IMG/VR virus record: IMGVR_UViG_3300034105_001128
Location: 1-64,000 of that record
DNA length: 64,000 bases
Reading direction: 5' to 3' (one strand)
DNA from: a virus
In this document: positions 26,954 through 36,610 of the stretch, piece by piece
How the letters are laid out: each line of letters begins with the position of its first letter
How positions within the stretch are numbered: the first letter of the stretch is position 1
Notes under the pieces: generated by a model
Database searches by the model: none
What the model was told of the DNA's origin: nothing
What the model saw: the letters and a program-made list of their open reading frames with translations, nothing else
Made by a program: the position numbers and the translations under genes

Positions 26954-28108
26954 TTATAGTAAATTTCCTAGTTTATCTACCGTAGAGTGAATCTCTTGAC
27001 CACGATACATTGTCTTACCCTTGTGGATGTGGACCTGATCAAAGTGGAAGCTATCATCGTCACCTTCTTTAAAAAAGATAACGCTTACGCCTTGCTGCCA
27101 GTTTTCAAAATACTGGAGAGCTTGGCCTTTAACGTCCACCCCACCTTTGACAGAAGGGACGGCCCCATCAACTCGGCAAAGGCATCCAGGGCTAAACGAG
27201 ACGCTTTTGATGGCCTGGTCACGATCAAAGACAGTTTTACTTTGTTGTTCCATACGATGAGTATGACCAAAGAGTGTTGAAATATTAGGATTCGAGTTAG
27301 CGTACTGAGCAGCAGTAGAGCCACTAGCGTTAGCGCGATCTCCATGCATAGCACGAAGACGCTTGTTGATCCAATGTGCTGCAGCAGGATATCCATCAAT
27401 AAACTCCACCCCAAGTTCGTCACAACGCAATAAGTTTTGTAAGCTTAGCACAGGCCAAGCTTCTGGCATATTTGCTACTTTAACGCCATAAGCAGCGGCA
27501 GCATTAGTATTAATGAAACGGCTAAGGCGCTTGTCATGATTGCCTTCAAGTAAAATAATTCTGGCTTCGGATCCTCCGTTAGCTCTTTGTTCAGCAAGAA
27601 AACGATGGCCACGATTAATAGCAAGCTGAGCAGTATGAGCAAAGTTAGTTTCCTGTTCGTATGTTCCATACATAGGTAGATCTAGGAAATCTCCTAGATT
27701 AATAATTTGAGCAAGAGGGTGACCGTGGTCCAAACCTACGATTTGTAGCGCTACATCCATAGCAGCTTCATCGTGGAATGGATCCAAGGCCCCATCTTCA
27801 TACTTGCGATAACCGATTTGTGGATCAGGTAATGCAACCGCAACCTTCCAGTCGCTGCTGATCAGAGATGGTGTACGAACCTTTGGCTGTACTATTACGG
27901 GCTCTGCATGCTGCACTGGTTGCCAGGTTGGGCCTTCACCCCATTTAGGAGAAAGGATAATCTTAGTGTCGTCTGGGTTGTTAGATAAACTAACTTTGCT
28001 AACCTTACCGACGTCTTCTGCGGTTAGCCCATTGTTCTTTAATAGTTTTTCAATTGAGTTTAATGCTGAGTCTGCTTTAGCATTATTGTATGCATCTTCT
28101 AGTGACAT
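26954..28108 (-). CDS. calcineurin-like metallophosphoesterase
   Basis: DPQ, GDFLD, GNHD, MHGD, GHTH motifs. Confidence 0.85.
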   Translation of the reverse strand: MSLEDAYNNAKADSALNSIEKLLKNNGLTAEDVGKVSKVSLSNNPDDTKIILSPKWGEGPTWQPVQHAEPVIVQPKVRTPSLISSDWKVAVALPDPQIGYRKYEDGALDPFHDEAAMDVALQIVGLDHGHPLAQIINLGDFLDLPMYGTYEQETNFAHTAQLAINRGHRFLAEQRANGGSEARIILLEGNHDKRLSRFINTNAAAAYGVKVANMPEAWPVLSLQNLLRCDELGVEFIDGYPAAAHWINKRLRAMHGDRANASGSTAAQYANSNPNISTLFGHTHRMEQQSKTVFDRDQAIKSVSFSPGCLCRVDGAVPSVKGGVDVKGQALQYFENWQQGVSVIFFKEGDDDSFHFDQVHIHKGKTMYRGQEIHSTVDKLGNLL

Positions 28109-28338
28109 GAACAGTTCCCATTTCTGTGCTCTTTGAGCGACGTTATACCGAATGTTGCACCTGCAGATTTGTACAGCGTATGAAGACTTCTAGTTGAGAA
28201 GTCATCATCATTTAAAGAATTTTCAAATGCAGTTAGGTTCTTTTCGTCAAGGGAAACAGCCCAAGCTCCAACCACACACTTACCCGCTACATTGGGGTTT
28301 TTTTCTTTTGCCTCTGAATACAAAGCATCTAAACTCAT
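28099..28338 (-). CDS. small zinc-binding hypothetical protein
   Basis: SD GGAGG; C...HRNGNCSC. Confidence 0.65.
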   Translation of the reverse strand: MSLDALYSEAKEKNPNVAGKCVVGAWAVSLDEKNLTAFENSLNDDDFSTRSLHTLYKSAGATFGITSLKEHRNGNCSCH

Positions 28339-28352
28339 TGCGCCTCCAAACT

Positions 28353-28400
28353 TAATAATAGAGGCCTAGGTGAATAGGCCTCTATTATTATTATAGTACA
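28353..28400 (-). promoter_or_regulatory. sigma-A-like -10 (TATAAT) overlapping a 16-bp inverted repeat
   Basis: - strand TGTACTATAAT; IR TAATAATAGAGGCCTA/TAGGCCTCTATTATTA. Confidence 0.55.
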
Positions 28401-28402
28401 TT

Positions 28403-28762
28403 TTAGTAAGAAGTGCCAATTCCTTGATCAAAGCTTTGTGTGCTTCGAACAACGGATGGTGAAACAATGCGACCATTAGCCTGTGTCAAACCTGCTGCTG
28501 GATCTGTTGCCTTTGTGTATCGCGCTTTAATTGAATACGCCGCACTGTTACGTTCTCCACCTGGGGCAGCTGGCACGTTTGGACGTGAAACTTTTGTCCC
28601 TGGGGCGGTTGGGTCTCCAGCTGCAGTGTTCTTCTTAGGAATAAGAGTACCTGATGCTGGTGAAGCTGACGGAGAAGAAAACTTAACTCCTTCTTTGCCC
28701 ATTGGTGTACGGCCTTGTGCTGCCATACCCGCTAGAGCTGCGTCTTGATCTGATTTTGCCAT
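28403..28762 (-). CDS. low-complexity hypothetical protein
   Basis: Ala/Pro/Gly/Ser-rich ORF. Confidence 0.6.
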   Translation of the reverse strand: MAKSDQDAALAGMAAQGRTPMGKEGVKFSSPSASPASGTLIPKKNTAAGDPTAPGTKVSRPNVPAAPGGERNSAAYSIKARYTKATDPAAGLTQANGRIVSPSVVRSTQSFDQGIGTSY

Positions 28763-28806
28763 TGTTAGTACCTAACTGTTAGAGATCTCTTGGCATAAAT
28801 AATATA

Positions 28807-29088
28807 TTAGTTTACGGTAATAGTAAAGACAATCGCAGAAATAGATCCATCTCTGGACTCTACTGTAGCGAATCCAGGCCTACACGTAAGATCTAAGCCA
28901 CGTGGAGCCACGTAACCTCGAGCTATAGCGATAGCCTTTACTGCCTGGTTTACGGCTGAAGCGCCTACTGCACGTAATTTGACCTGTGGAGTCTCATATA
29001 GTGCGTGGGCAATTGCTGAGCCAACGGATTGTGCGTTAGATCCAGCGCTTACACGCAGGAACTTTTCTTCATTTTCTTTTTCATTCAC
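28807..29088 (-). CDS. spoVS: SpoVS-family protein
   Basis: LRVSAGSNAQSVGSAIA...AVGASAVNQAVKAIAIARGYVAPRGLDL..PGF. Confidence 0.9.
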   Translation of the reverse strand: MNEKENEEKFLRVSAGSNAQSVGSAIAHALYETPQVKLRAVGASAVNQAVKAIAIARGYVAPRGLDLTCRPGFATVESRDGSISAIVFTITVN

Positions 29089-29129
29089 GAGTTGTAGTCC
29101 TTAGTTTTATGCCCACCTAAGAGACTATA

Positions 29130-29477
29130 TTACGGTGTATCTCCATATCCCGCTGCCCTAAGTAAAGAAACAAAATCCTCTAGTCTAAGGAGGGTTACCC
29201 ACTCCCCAATAGAAGCCTCTCCCTGCCCGTTTAAGCGTAGTACAGCTACAGGTAGATCTTTCCCGTTATGTCGCTCTTTTAACTGCTTTATAACGGCACT
29301 GGGGTTAAAATCTTTACGGGCTTTTACTTCCCAATCAATTCCGATTGTTCCAGTAACATCAGTACCGCTGCGACCAGCACCAGTGCTCTCAGCAAATGGA
29401 AACCCATTTTCTGCCAAATAGTTTGCAACAACTTTTTGTGATCTGTATCCACGATGTTTCCTACTCTGACTAGGCAT
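29130..29477 (-). CDS. Hjc-like Holliday junction resolvase
   Basis: KHRG..., G.DV, WEVKAR PD-(D/E)xK motif. Confidence 0.75.
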   Translation of the reverse strand: MPSQSRKHRGYRSQKVVANYLAENGFPFAESTGAGRSGTDVTGTIGIDWEVKARKDFNPSAVIKQLKERHNGKDLPVAVLRLNGQGEASIGEWVTLLRLEDFVSLLRAAGYGDTP

Positions 29478-29983
29478 TATGTGTTAAACCTCCGAGTTCT
29501 TGACCGCATACCTCCACCATCAGAGGTGCGGCGTGTGAGCTCACGAGATACTAATTGTGAGTCTCTCTCAACATTGAGAGTGCGTGTTTCAATTAGCTTA
29601 CGAAAAGCATACTTTACATCTAGCTCATGCTGTAAATCTTGGATCTCTTTACTAGCCGCAATCTGTGCCTTAATTAAAGTAATTCGATCACCCTTTGCGC
29701 CAGTCCAGTTGCTCAGCATACTAGACGCCTCAGCGTTATCTAATGTGCGCTGTGCCTCACGTTCATTAATAATAGCGATAGCCTGGGCACCAGCAAGATG
29801 GTCGTTCCACTGAGTAAACTGTACAAATAGGTCCATAAGGCCTTCGTCGTCTAGCTCAGTAATATCCCTAGGTAAATTTGGTATGTCGTATTCAGGTTTA
29901 GCGGTTAAAGAAAAACCTAATTCATTTACTGCCGCTAAGACATCTCTGCTAATACTCACTTTGCCTCCTGAAATGGTGCGCAA
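29477..29983 (-). CDS. helical protein, possibly UvsY-like recombination mediator
   Basis: coiled-coil character and context near recA; start may be GTG near 29959. Confidence 0.45.
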   Translation of the reverse strand: MRTISGGKVSISRDVLAAVNELGFSLTAKPEYDIPNLPRDITELDDEGLMDLFVQFTQWNDHLAGAQAIAIINEREAQRTLDNAEASSMLSNWTGAKGDRITLIKAQIAASKEIQDLQHELDVKYAFRKLIETRTLNVERDSQLVSRELTRRTSDGGGMRSRTRRFNT

Positions 29984-30831
29984 CGCTTACAGCCTACTGC
30001 AGGATCTGTGCTGCAGACCGGTGGTCGTTTATTATTTACTGCCCAAGCTACGTCTAAAGCCCTGTCAAAGATATCTTTAGTAAACTCTGGGTTGTATTGT
30101 ACTACGAATTCTTTGTACTCTTGGTTAGCCTTAAGCTCATAAATAAACACAATCTCTTTTGGAGCAGACTCAAACAGCCCCTCTTCAACCATTAGGTGAC
30201 AAAGATGTAGGTATACCTGCCCCTGTAGCTGATGGGAACGAAAAGGTGTTTTAATATTCTTCCATGCTTTTTCTACGTTGTCGTCTGCTTGTGCCATAAT
30301 AGCCGGGGCATCCATGCGGATACCTCCAGAACCAATTGACTTAATTTCAATTAAGCAGTCTTCTCCTAAACCCTTAATCCAACCATCAGCGTGACCACGG
30401 ATCATATGCTTATCGCTACGCAGAGAAACCTCTGCGTATTCTTTATTTACAAGTCCTTGAAGATCTTTAGATGTAGCCCAGGTATAATCCTTAGTTATAG
30501 GGTTGTACCACTTACCATATAGAACACCCATATCGTTAAACCACTTCTGCCATTTAGCATGAATTGTGTGGCCTTCAGCAAAGATAGATGCAAGGCGAGC
30601 CGGGGTCTTGTCACGAGTCTCTACGTAGTTACCATTAACAGCATGGTATTGCGCAAGTGCGCACCAATCATCTTTAATGATATCAGACGGATGAATATAA
30701 CTCATGTCACGATCATCAAATGGGCGAGTTAACACGTGGCGCTCTACAGCACCCATAAGTCGGGTTGTTCTTTTCTTTGTTTCTAAGAATGCTTTTAAAT
30801 CCTTACTAGCAATGGTTTTAGGTGTTGCCAT
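29956..30831 (-). CDS. Cas4/RecB-like PD-(D/E)xK exonuclease
   Basis: HPS...C, GHTIH, GHADG, IEIKS, QGQVY, C-terminal C..CxxC. Confidence 0.8.
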   Translation of the reverse strand: MATPKTIASKDLKAFLETKKRTTRLMGAVERHVLTRPFDDRDMSYIHPSDIIKDDWCALAQYHAVNGNYVETRDKTPARLASIFAEGHTIHAKWQKWFNDMGVLYGKWYNPITKDYTWATSKDLQGLVNKEYAEVSLRSDKHMIRGHADGWIKGLGEDCLIEIKSIGSGGIRMDAPAIMAQADDNVEKAWKNIKTPFRSHQLQGQVYLHLCHLMVEEGLFESAPKEIVFIYELKANQEYKEFVVQYNPEFTKDIFDRALDVAWAVNNKRPPVCSTDPAVGCKRCAPFQEAK

Positions 30832-31150
30832 ACTTTCTGCCCTCTTTCTCTAACCACTCTTCTAAGGTTGTGCCTTTTTTCTTATACTTGCGTTGGGCTG
30901 CATTTCTTTCTCTATGCGACATTCCGCCAAAGATTCCGTGAAGCTCATTATTAATTATAGCCTCTTTAAGGCACTCTTGTCTAACCGGGCATGCCGGCCT
31001 ACCGTCTTTACCTAAACAGATTGCTTTAGCTTTGTCAGCTATGGGCTTATACAAAGCCTTATCTCGTGGAGGAAAAAATATCTCTGTGTCTTCTCCCTGA
31101 CACTTGGCTTCATATCTCCAGGTCCATGCTGGATCATCGCTATATCGCAT
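30818..31150 (-). CDS. whiB: WhiB-family transcription factor
   Basis: AKC..IFFP..AKAIC..CPVRQEC..GIFGGMSHRER. Confidence 0.92.
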   Translation of the reverse strand: MRYSDDPAWTWRYEAKCQGEDTEIFFPPRDKALYKPIADKAKAICLGKDGRPACPVRQECLKEAIINNELHGIFGGMSHRERNAAQRKYKKKGTTLEEWLEKEGRKYGNT

Positions 31151-31467
31151 TACTCACCTTTTATTAAATTACGTAATTCAAAGAAATCCTCCTCTAATAG
31201 AACGACGTAATTCTCACCATCAAGGTGCAACCCTAGAACAGGCATACGACTGTCTAGAATTGCTTCAGTTGTAATCTTTTTTAAAACCTCTGACTTAATA
31301 GTCACAGATTTTTTACCGGTCCACTTATGCTCAATAAGGAGTTCGTCATCTCTAACGTCACCCTTACGTGACCAAAAAGCCCCGGAGGCAGCGCTGCGCT
31401 GGCCACCTGTAATCTTTTGCAATCGTTTTTCATGCTTTAACGATTGTTTTTGTCCTTCACTCTTCAT
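31150..31467 (-). CDS. PD-(D/E)xK nuclease / resolvase-like
   Basis: HEKR..ASGA..KGDV..IEHK. Confidence 0.7.
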   Translation of the reverse strand: MKSEGQKQSLKHEKRLQKITGGQRSAASGAFWSRKGDVRDDELLIEHKWTGKKSVTIKSEVLKKITTEAILDSRMPVLGLHLDGENYVVLLEEDFFELRNLIKGE

Positions 31468-32515
31468 CTGTGCTTAGCATTAGGACTGGAGCAGACTTTA
31501 ACGTATCCATTACGGCAGTAGTCAGTTCAGTTCTTAACTCAATCTCTTCACGAAGTGAATCAATGAGGGCTTGAGCCCCCTGCCACTTACGGTCACCGTA
31601 ATACATCCAGCCACCACGACGATCTACAATTCCGTTAAGGATGGATAGGGCAACGATTTCTTTACCAGAATCATAACCCCCAGCATCAACTGGTCCTCCA
31701 TCAGAGAAGTAGAAGTCGAGGTAGGCTGTCTGCTGTGGAGGATAGGTCTTGTTCTTAATTGTGCGGACTCGGATTGTTTGCCCCACACGGCGCTTATCCT
31801 GTCCAGTGCCCACCTCTAGCCATTCATCGCGCTTTATTTCGCAACGAACGCTATACGCATAATCTTTACCAAGACCACCCGGTGTAGTACGAGGATCGCC
31901 GTGCATGACGCCAATCTTCATACGGTATTGATTAATCATCATGCCCAATACAGGGCGCTCTGATTCAATCAAATCTCTTTTAGTTGCTGATGCTACTTTT
32001 CGGAAGAATTTGTTGGTGATGAGTGCTCCTCGTCCAACAGTAAATTCATCCATTTCTTTCTCATCCTCTGCTCCAGGTACGAGGGCAGGTAGACTGTCAA
32101 TAACAACCATATCAACAGCTTTACTTTCCATGAATTTAATAACTGCTTCATACGCATTCTCCATACTGTTAGTTTCTACAAGAATAACTCGCTCAGTTAT
32201 AACGCCACAGAGCTCGGCGTATTTTGCATCGAAATCTTCTGCAGCAATCCACACTGCAGTAAAGTCTGGGTTTACTTTTTGGTTGGCGGCAATAGTTCTT
32301 AGAGCGATAGCTGTCTTACCATGTGATGCCTCGCCTACTAGTTCTACCCAACGATTCATAGGCCATCCACCACCTAGAACAACGTCTAGTGTTAGAGAAC
32401 CTGATGTGACACGTTGTGTAGCAACAACGTTATTGGCAGCAACTACTGTGTTTGCCCCGTACTTTTTATTTAGTTGGGCGACTACCTTTAGTGCGTCTGA
32501 ATTAATAACTGCCAT
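31457..32515 (-). CDS. recA: RecA recombinase
   Basis: SGSLTLD..LGGG.P, GEASHGKT, VIDS, INQYR.KIG, TTPGG. Confidence 0.93.
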   Translation of the reverse strand: MAVINSDALKVVAQLNKKYGANTVVAANNVVATQRVTSGSLTLDVVLGGGWPMNRWVELVGEASHGKTAIALRTIAANQKVNPDFTAVWIAAEDFDAKYAELCGVITERVILVETNSMENAYEAVIKFMESKAVDMVVIDSLPALVPGAEDEKEMDEFTVGRGALITNKFFRKVASATKRDLIESERPVLGMMINQYRMKIGVMHGDPRTTPGGLGKDYAYSVRCEIKRDEWLEVGTGQDKRRVGQTIRVRTIKNKTYPPQQTAYLDFYFSDGGPVDAGGYDSGKEIVALSILNGIVDRRGGWMYYGDRKWQGAQALIDSLREEIELRTELTTAVMDTLKSAPVLMLSTDEE

Positions 32516-32904
32516 TATCCGATCCTATCTACGATTATGTTGGGGTTAAAACCTGATGTTCCTACTTGTTTTGCTGCAACTGTTGGTCCTGAACTTTGAC
32601 TTGGAAGCCCTGTTCCAGTCCCTGATTGTACCAGTGGATACCCACAGTCATAACAACGTTTTGCAGTGTTGCTTCCTGGGGATGACATATAGTTTCCTGA
32701 ATAACAGCCTGGACATGTTTCAGTGCTTCTAGAGCTAGCGGCTTTGCTCACTAACTGATCTTGAGCAGCATCGTAATCAACACGTACGGTTGGTTGATTA
32801 ACTGTTGCCCTGTACACGTTACTCGGCGCGGGACCTGTAGCAGGTGTAGAACTTTGAGTAGGCTTGTTATTTAATTTATTTGCCCACCAGTCATTGTTTG
32901 CCAT
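32515..32904 (-). CDS. zinc-ribbon hypothetical protein
   Basis: CPGC...CYDCG. Confidence 0.65.
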   Translation of the reverse strand: MANNDWWANKLNNKPTQSSTPATGPAPSNVYRATVNQPTVRVDYDAAQDQLVSKAASSRSTETCPGCYSGNYMSSPGSNTAKRCYDCGYPLVQSGTGTGLPSQSSGPTVAAKQVGTSGFNPNIIVDRIG

Positions 32905-33334
32905 TGTTTGCTCCATTTAGTTCAATTAACTCTAAGTTAAATAAGGTAGATACGCAAGAAAGTGAAGAGGATAATGCAACTAACCTAAACAATCTTTGAA
33001 GCGTTTCTGCGTCTTCCATAAAGTTTTCTTCTATTTGATTGTCTTCTAGCAAGTACGCAGCAACTGCAATTTTAGATGCTATATCTGCATGCGAGTCGAT
33101 AAGCGGAAGCAGCCTAGAAAATCGTTGTAAACGTTTTTCACTTGCTTGTTCTTCCATGTCAGCTACTTCGTCAGATATTGGGGGTAAGCCCATAGCGTTA
33201 GCTATGTCTTCTGCAGGCATGAGCATAGTATCATAAATTACTTGACGCATCAAAATAGGCAAAGAAACACTCAGCACCTTATCTGAATCACTAATTGACA
33301 CTCGTACTTTGTTTTTCTTTTTACGTCCAAACAT
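32891..33334 (-). CDS. hypothetical protein
   Basis: TAATG overlap with polA. Confidence 0.65.
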   Translation of the reverse strand: MFGRKKKNKVRVSISDSDKVLSVSLPILMRQVIYDTMLMPAEDIANAMGLPPISDEVADMEEQASEKRLQRFSRLLPLIDSHADIASKIAVAAYLLEDNQIEENFMEDAETLQRLFRLVALSSSLSCVSTLFNLELIELNGANNGKQ

Positions 33335-35310
33335 TATTTGGCGTCTCCCCATCGAGTAACCGTCGTAATATCCGCCAACATTGGGATATTAAGAGCGTTG
33401 ATTCCTTCCATAGCCTCACGAATCGCTGCCTCTGTTTCCCCAATAAGATCATTGGGAGTGACAGTAACTAATTCGTCATGGATCGTAAGAATTAGGTTTG
33501 ACCCGTCAGGAATCATTTTGTGTGCCCTAATCATAGCAAGCTTTATGAGATCTGCCGAAGACCCCTGAATAACCGTATTAAACGCCTGGCGTTCTGCCCT
33601 GGCACGTTCCCAAATCACAGAAGATCTAAGATCTGGCAGGTATCTACGGCGATTCATGTAGGTAAGGGCATATGGAACTGGGCCACGATTGCGGCTCTCC
33701 TGAATAACCCTCTTCTTGTATCGAGCTACAGAGGGGAACTTAGCAATAAACCCGTCTAGGAGTTCTCTAGCCTCATTGACAGAACAGCCGATAGAATCAG
33801 CAATCTTATCTGGACCTACACCGTATGCTAAAGATAGCACCAATTGCTTACCGGCTTTACGGTCTACCCCCATAGTAGTACCTACAGTTGTATAGATGTC
33901 CTCACCATTCATGTAGGCAGTACACATAATGCGGTCCTCACTAAAGGATGCAATAACACGTGGTTCAATCTGAGAGTAGTCAGCCACCACTAATGAGTGG
34001 CCTTCTGGTGCAACGAAAAGATTTCTAATCGCTTTACCATTTACAGTATGCGGAGCAGGCACATTCTGTAAATTAGGGTTGCGACTAGAAAATCTTCCCG
34101 TCTCTGCACCATATTGAATAAAGTCCGTGTGGATACGGCCATCAAGAAGTAGGCTCTTCTTTGCAACAGTCTTTGACTTACCAAGGAGCGTACGTGTAAT
34201 ATCCCCACCTAAATAGGGAATCACATAAGTTGTTAACAACTTATTTAGATCAGAATAATTGAGGAGCGCATCTACAAGAGCATCTTTTCCCGCAAACATT
34301 TTTAGTGCGGGTTCTGATACCGAATAGTCAGATACCGTTGATGGGGTGCCGGAATCCATGCGCTTCTCGCCGGCTGGTGTTAAAACTTTAGGGCGTAATC
34401 CACGTCCGCCTTCTTTTTTGCCTAAGAACAAAAGCTTTTGTTTTTCAGGAATACTGTTAATGTTAAAGGCTTTACCGGCAAGCTTATAGATCTCGCCCTT
34501 AGTTGTTTCTAATTGAACCTCTAAGTTGTCTTTTAACTTCTCTAGTTCAGAAACGTCAATGTCTGCGCCACGTAGCTCCATGTTGCAGATAACATCTAAT
34601 ACATCCATCTCTAAGTTAAATACTCCACGAAGCTTATCAGTGTCTAGTTGTTTAGAGTATTTAATCCAAAGCTTCCAGGTCCATTCTGCATCTAGTGCAG
34701 CGTAGGTTGCAACCTCTTCAAAGCTATATACCTCTACTTCTTTACCTACACCCTTCACCATCTCGTACCCAAACTCACGCTTAAGGCAATCATCTAGGCC
34801 AAGGTTATTACGATTTTGTGTGTTAAGAATAAACGCAGCATTAAGAGTACATGCGTATGGTTGTGCAGGTAAGGCGCCAAGATACTTGGTTACGCTCTGT
34901 AAATCGAACTTTAGGTTATGACCAATCTTAACCTTGTCGCTTGCAAATAGTGGGCGAAGTGCCTTAAACACTTCACCACGTGTTAACTGTTCAGGGCCTT
35001 CTGTAAAGATCTTCTTAGCTTTGCGCTCATCTTTACTATAGTCTGAGGGACGTAGTGGAAGGCCCTTAATGATACGGTCTTGTGCAGAAGGTAGCAAAGG
35101 ATATTCTGTTGTTACATATTCACCATTTGGGTGACCCATAGGAATAACATCTACGCGGTCGTACGTAGCAAAAGCAATCCACATAACAATATTTTGGCGT
35201 GGATCTCCGCGGTGGTCACCTACTGTTTCAACATCGTATACAAATGAGTCTACTTTATCGTAGGCAGAAATCATCTCTGCTAACTGGTCAAGTGTGGTAA
35301 CTATATTCAT
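33334..35310 (-). CDS. polA: family A DNA polymerase with 3'-5' exonuclease
   Basis: DVET, HNLKFD, YAALDA, TGRFSS..PNLQN, DYSQIE, RKAGK..YG, IHDE. Confidence 0.95.
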   Translation of the reverse strand: MNIVTTLDQLAEMISAYDKVDSFVYDVETVGDHRGDPRQNIVMWIAFATYDRVDVIPMGHPNGEYVTTEYPLLPSAQDRIIKGLPLRPSDYSKDERKAKKIFTEGPEQLTRGEVFKALRPLFASDKVKIGHNLKFDLQSVTKYLGALPAQPYACTLNAAFILNTQNRNNLGLDDCLKREFGYEMVKGVGKEVEVYSFEEVATYAALDAEWTWKLWIKYSKQLDTDKLRGVFNLEMDVLDVICNMELRGADIDVSELEKLKDNLEVQLETTKGEIYKLAGKAFNINSIPEKQKLLFLGKKEGGRGLRPKVLTPAGEKRMDSGTPSTVSDYSVSEPALKMFAGKDALVDALLNYSDLNKLLTTYVIPYLGGDITRTLLGKSKTVAKKSLLLDGRIHTDFIQYGAETGRFSSRNPNLQNVPAPHTVNGKAIRNLFVAPEGHSLVVADYSQIEPRVIASFSEDRIMCTAYMNGEDIYTTVGTTMGVDRKAGKQLVLSLAYGVGPDKIADSIGCSVNEARELLDGFIAKFPSVARYKKRVIQESRNRGPVPYALTYMNRRRYLPDLRSSVIWERARAERQAFNTVIQGSSADLIKLAMIRAHKMIPDGSNLILTIHDELVTVTPNDLIGETEAAIREAMEGINALNIPMLADITTVTRWGDAK

Positions 35311-35328
35311 TGCTCTCCTAAAGTTAAT

Positions 35329-35371
35329 GTGAGGGGCCCGTAGAAAGGAGGTCAAAAACCGGGCCCCTCAC
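35329..35371 (-). promoter_or_regulatory. 12-bp hairpin in polA leader with anti-SD loop
   Basis: GTGAGGGGCCCG/CGGGCCCCTCAC; loop on mRNA GUUUUUGACCUCCUUUCUA. Confidence 0.6.
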
Positions 35372-35383
35372 TTGATGGGTTAT

Positions 35384-36073
35384 TTAGTTAGCTGACGCAA
35401 TTTCACGAGCAATCTCAGCCAATTCAGCCTTGGTGGACGTATGGAGAGCGTCTGGTCCAAGTGGCTTCATAGTCTTGATTAACTCAGCGGCAGCAACAGG
35501 ATCAATTTCCCATTCCTCAGCAAGGTCACGTTCCTTCACAGGAACAATTGAGTAAGAAGTCTTTGTCCCCTGACCAGACTTACTTACTGCCCAATATAGG
35601 TCAGCGCGATTAAGTGGGCCTGTCTTCGTATTTGAAGCAAGCTTTTCAAGCTGACCGCATAAGCGAACCCCGACAACCATTAACTGGAGTTGTGGATCCT
35701 CATCAGAAAGATTAAGGACGGTAAAGGCAAACTTTGGATCCGGCTTGCTACCTACAGCAATTAGTGGATCGTCTTCACCAATACTAATGAATGACTTTTT
35801 ACCTGGACGGTTTACCCAATGCTGCATAAATGCCATTGGTTCGTCTGAGATAAATTTAATAAGTTGGACATCTTCGTCAAAACGGAAATCCGTTGCGAAT
35901 GCCTTTGTAGACTTGGCTACGGCAGTCTTTGCTGCCTTCCAGCCTGTCTGAATGACAGATGAGCGTTCTGGAACTTCGTTCTCATCTTCTTGGACAAATA
36001 GATCTTCATCTGCTGGTGCAGCGTATGAATCTACGTTTGGAACTGGCTTTGATATTTTTAACGATGTGCTCAT
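35384..36073 (-). CDS. putative single-stranded DNA-binding protein
   Basis: FMQHWV and SKSGQGTKTSYSI pattern of gp32-like phage SSBs; next to polA. Confidence 0.55.
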   Translation of the reverse strand: MSTSLKISKPVPNVDSYAAPADEDLFVQEDENEVPERSSVIQTGWKAAKTAVAKSTKAFATDFRFDEDVQLIKFISDEPMAFMQHWVNRPGKKSFISIGEDDPLIAVGSKPDPKFAFTVLNLSDEDPQLQLMVVGVRLCGQLEKLASNTKTGPLNRADLYWAVSKSGQGTKTSYSIVPVKERDLAEEWEIDPVAAAELIKTMKPLGPDALHTSTKAELAEIAREIASAN

Positions 36074-36134
36074 GGCGCATCCTTTCGGTAGTTGGCTGAT
36101 AGCTGAGATTCGGTTGAATCTTTACGCTAGGTAG

Positions 36135-36602
36135 TTAGTTAGTTTCTTGCTCATGGATTTTCTTCCATGTTTCCATCAGTTCAATTGATAGATCATGGTG
36201 TTTATTCCAATCAATCCTGGGAACATCAATCAGTCCCCGAGACTCAAAGCTTGCAACAGTTGCTTCGATAATTGTTTTACTGTACATCCGCCATCCGGGC
36301 TTCTTTACACCTTTAACAATTATTGACTTTAGGCGATAGGGTGCACGTGGTATAAAACCTTTTCGTTCCCAAAGCCTCAAAGTAACTATCGGTCTGCCTA
36401 ATGCGAGACACAATGACCCCGCACTATATAATTCTACCACGTTTCCATTAGGTAGAGTTTTTACCTGAGGATTCTCATCCCAGGAACCTTCTTGTATTAC
36501 TTTTTTAGGTTTAGCATTTGGATTTACGGCACGACGCTTTTTCTTAGAGCCTGGATAATAATCATCCAAACTCTTAAATAAGTTGTCTACCTGATCTGTC
36601 AT
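36135..36602 (-). CDS. MerR-like HTH DNA-binding protein
   Basis: YSAGSLCLALGRPIVTLRLWERKGFIP...WRMYS. Confidence 0.7.
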   Translation of the reverse strand: MTDQVDNLFKSLDDYYPGSKKKRRAVNPNAKPKKVIQEGSWDENPQVKTLPNGNVVELYSAGSLCLALGRPIVTLRLWERKGFIPRAPYRLKSIIVKGVKKPGWRMYSKTIIEATVASFESRGLIDVPRIDWNKHHDLSIELMETWKKIHEQETN

Positions 36603-36610
36603 GTCATCCC

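Noticed and set aside
29956-30831. Cas4-like gene as evidence of CRISPR-Cas
   Set aside because: No array or other cas genes; solo Cas4-like nucleases are usual in phage recombination modules.
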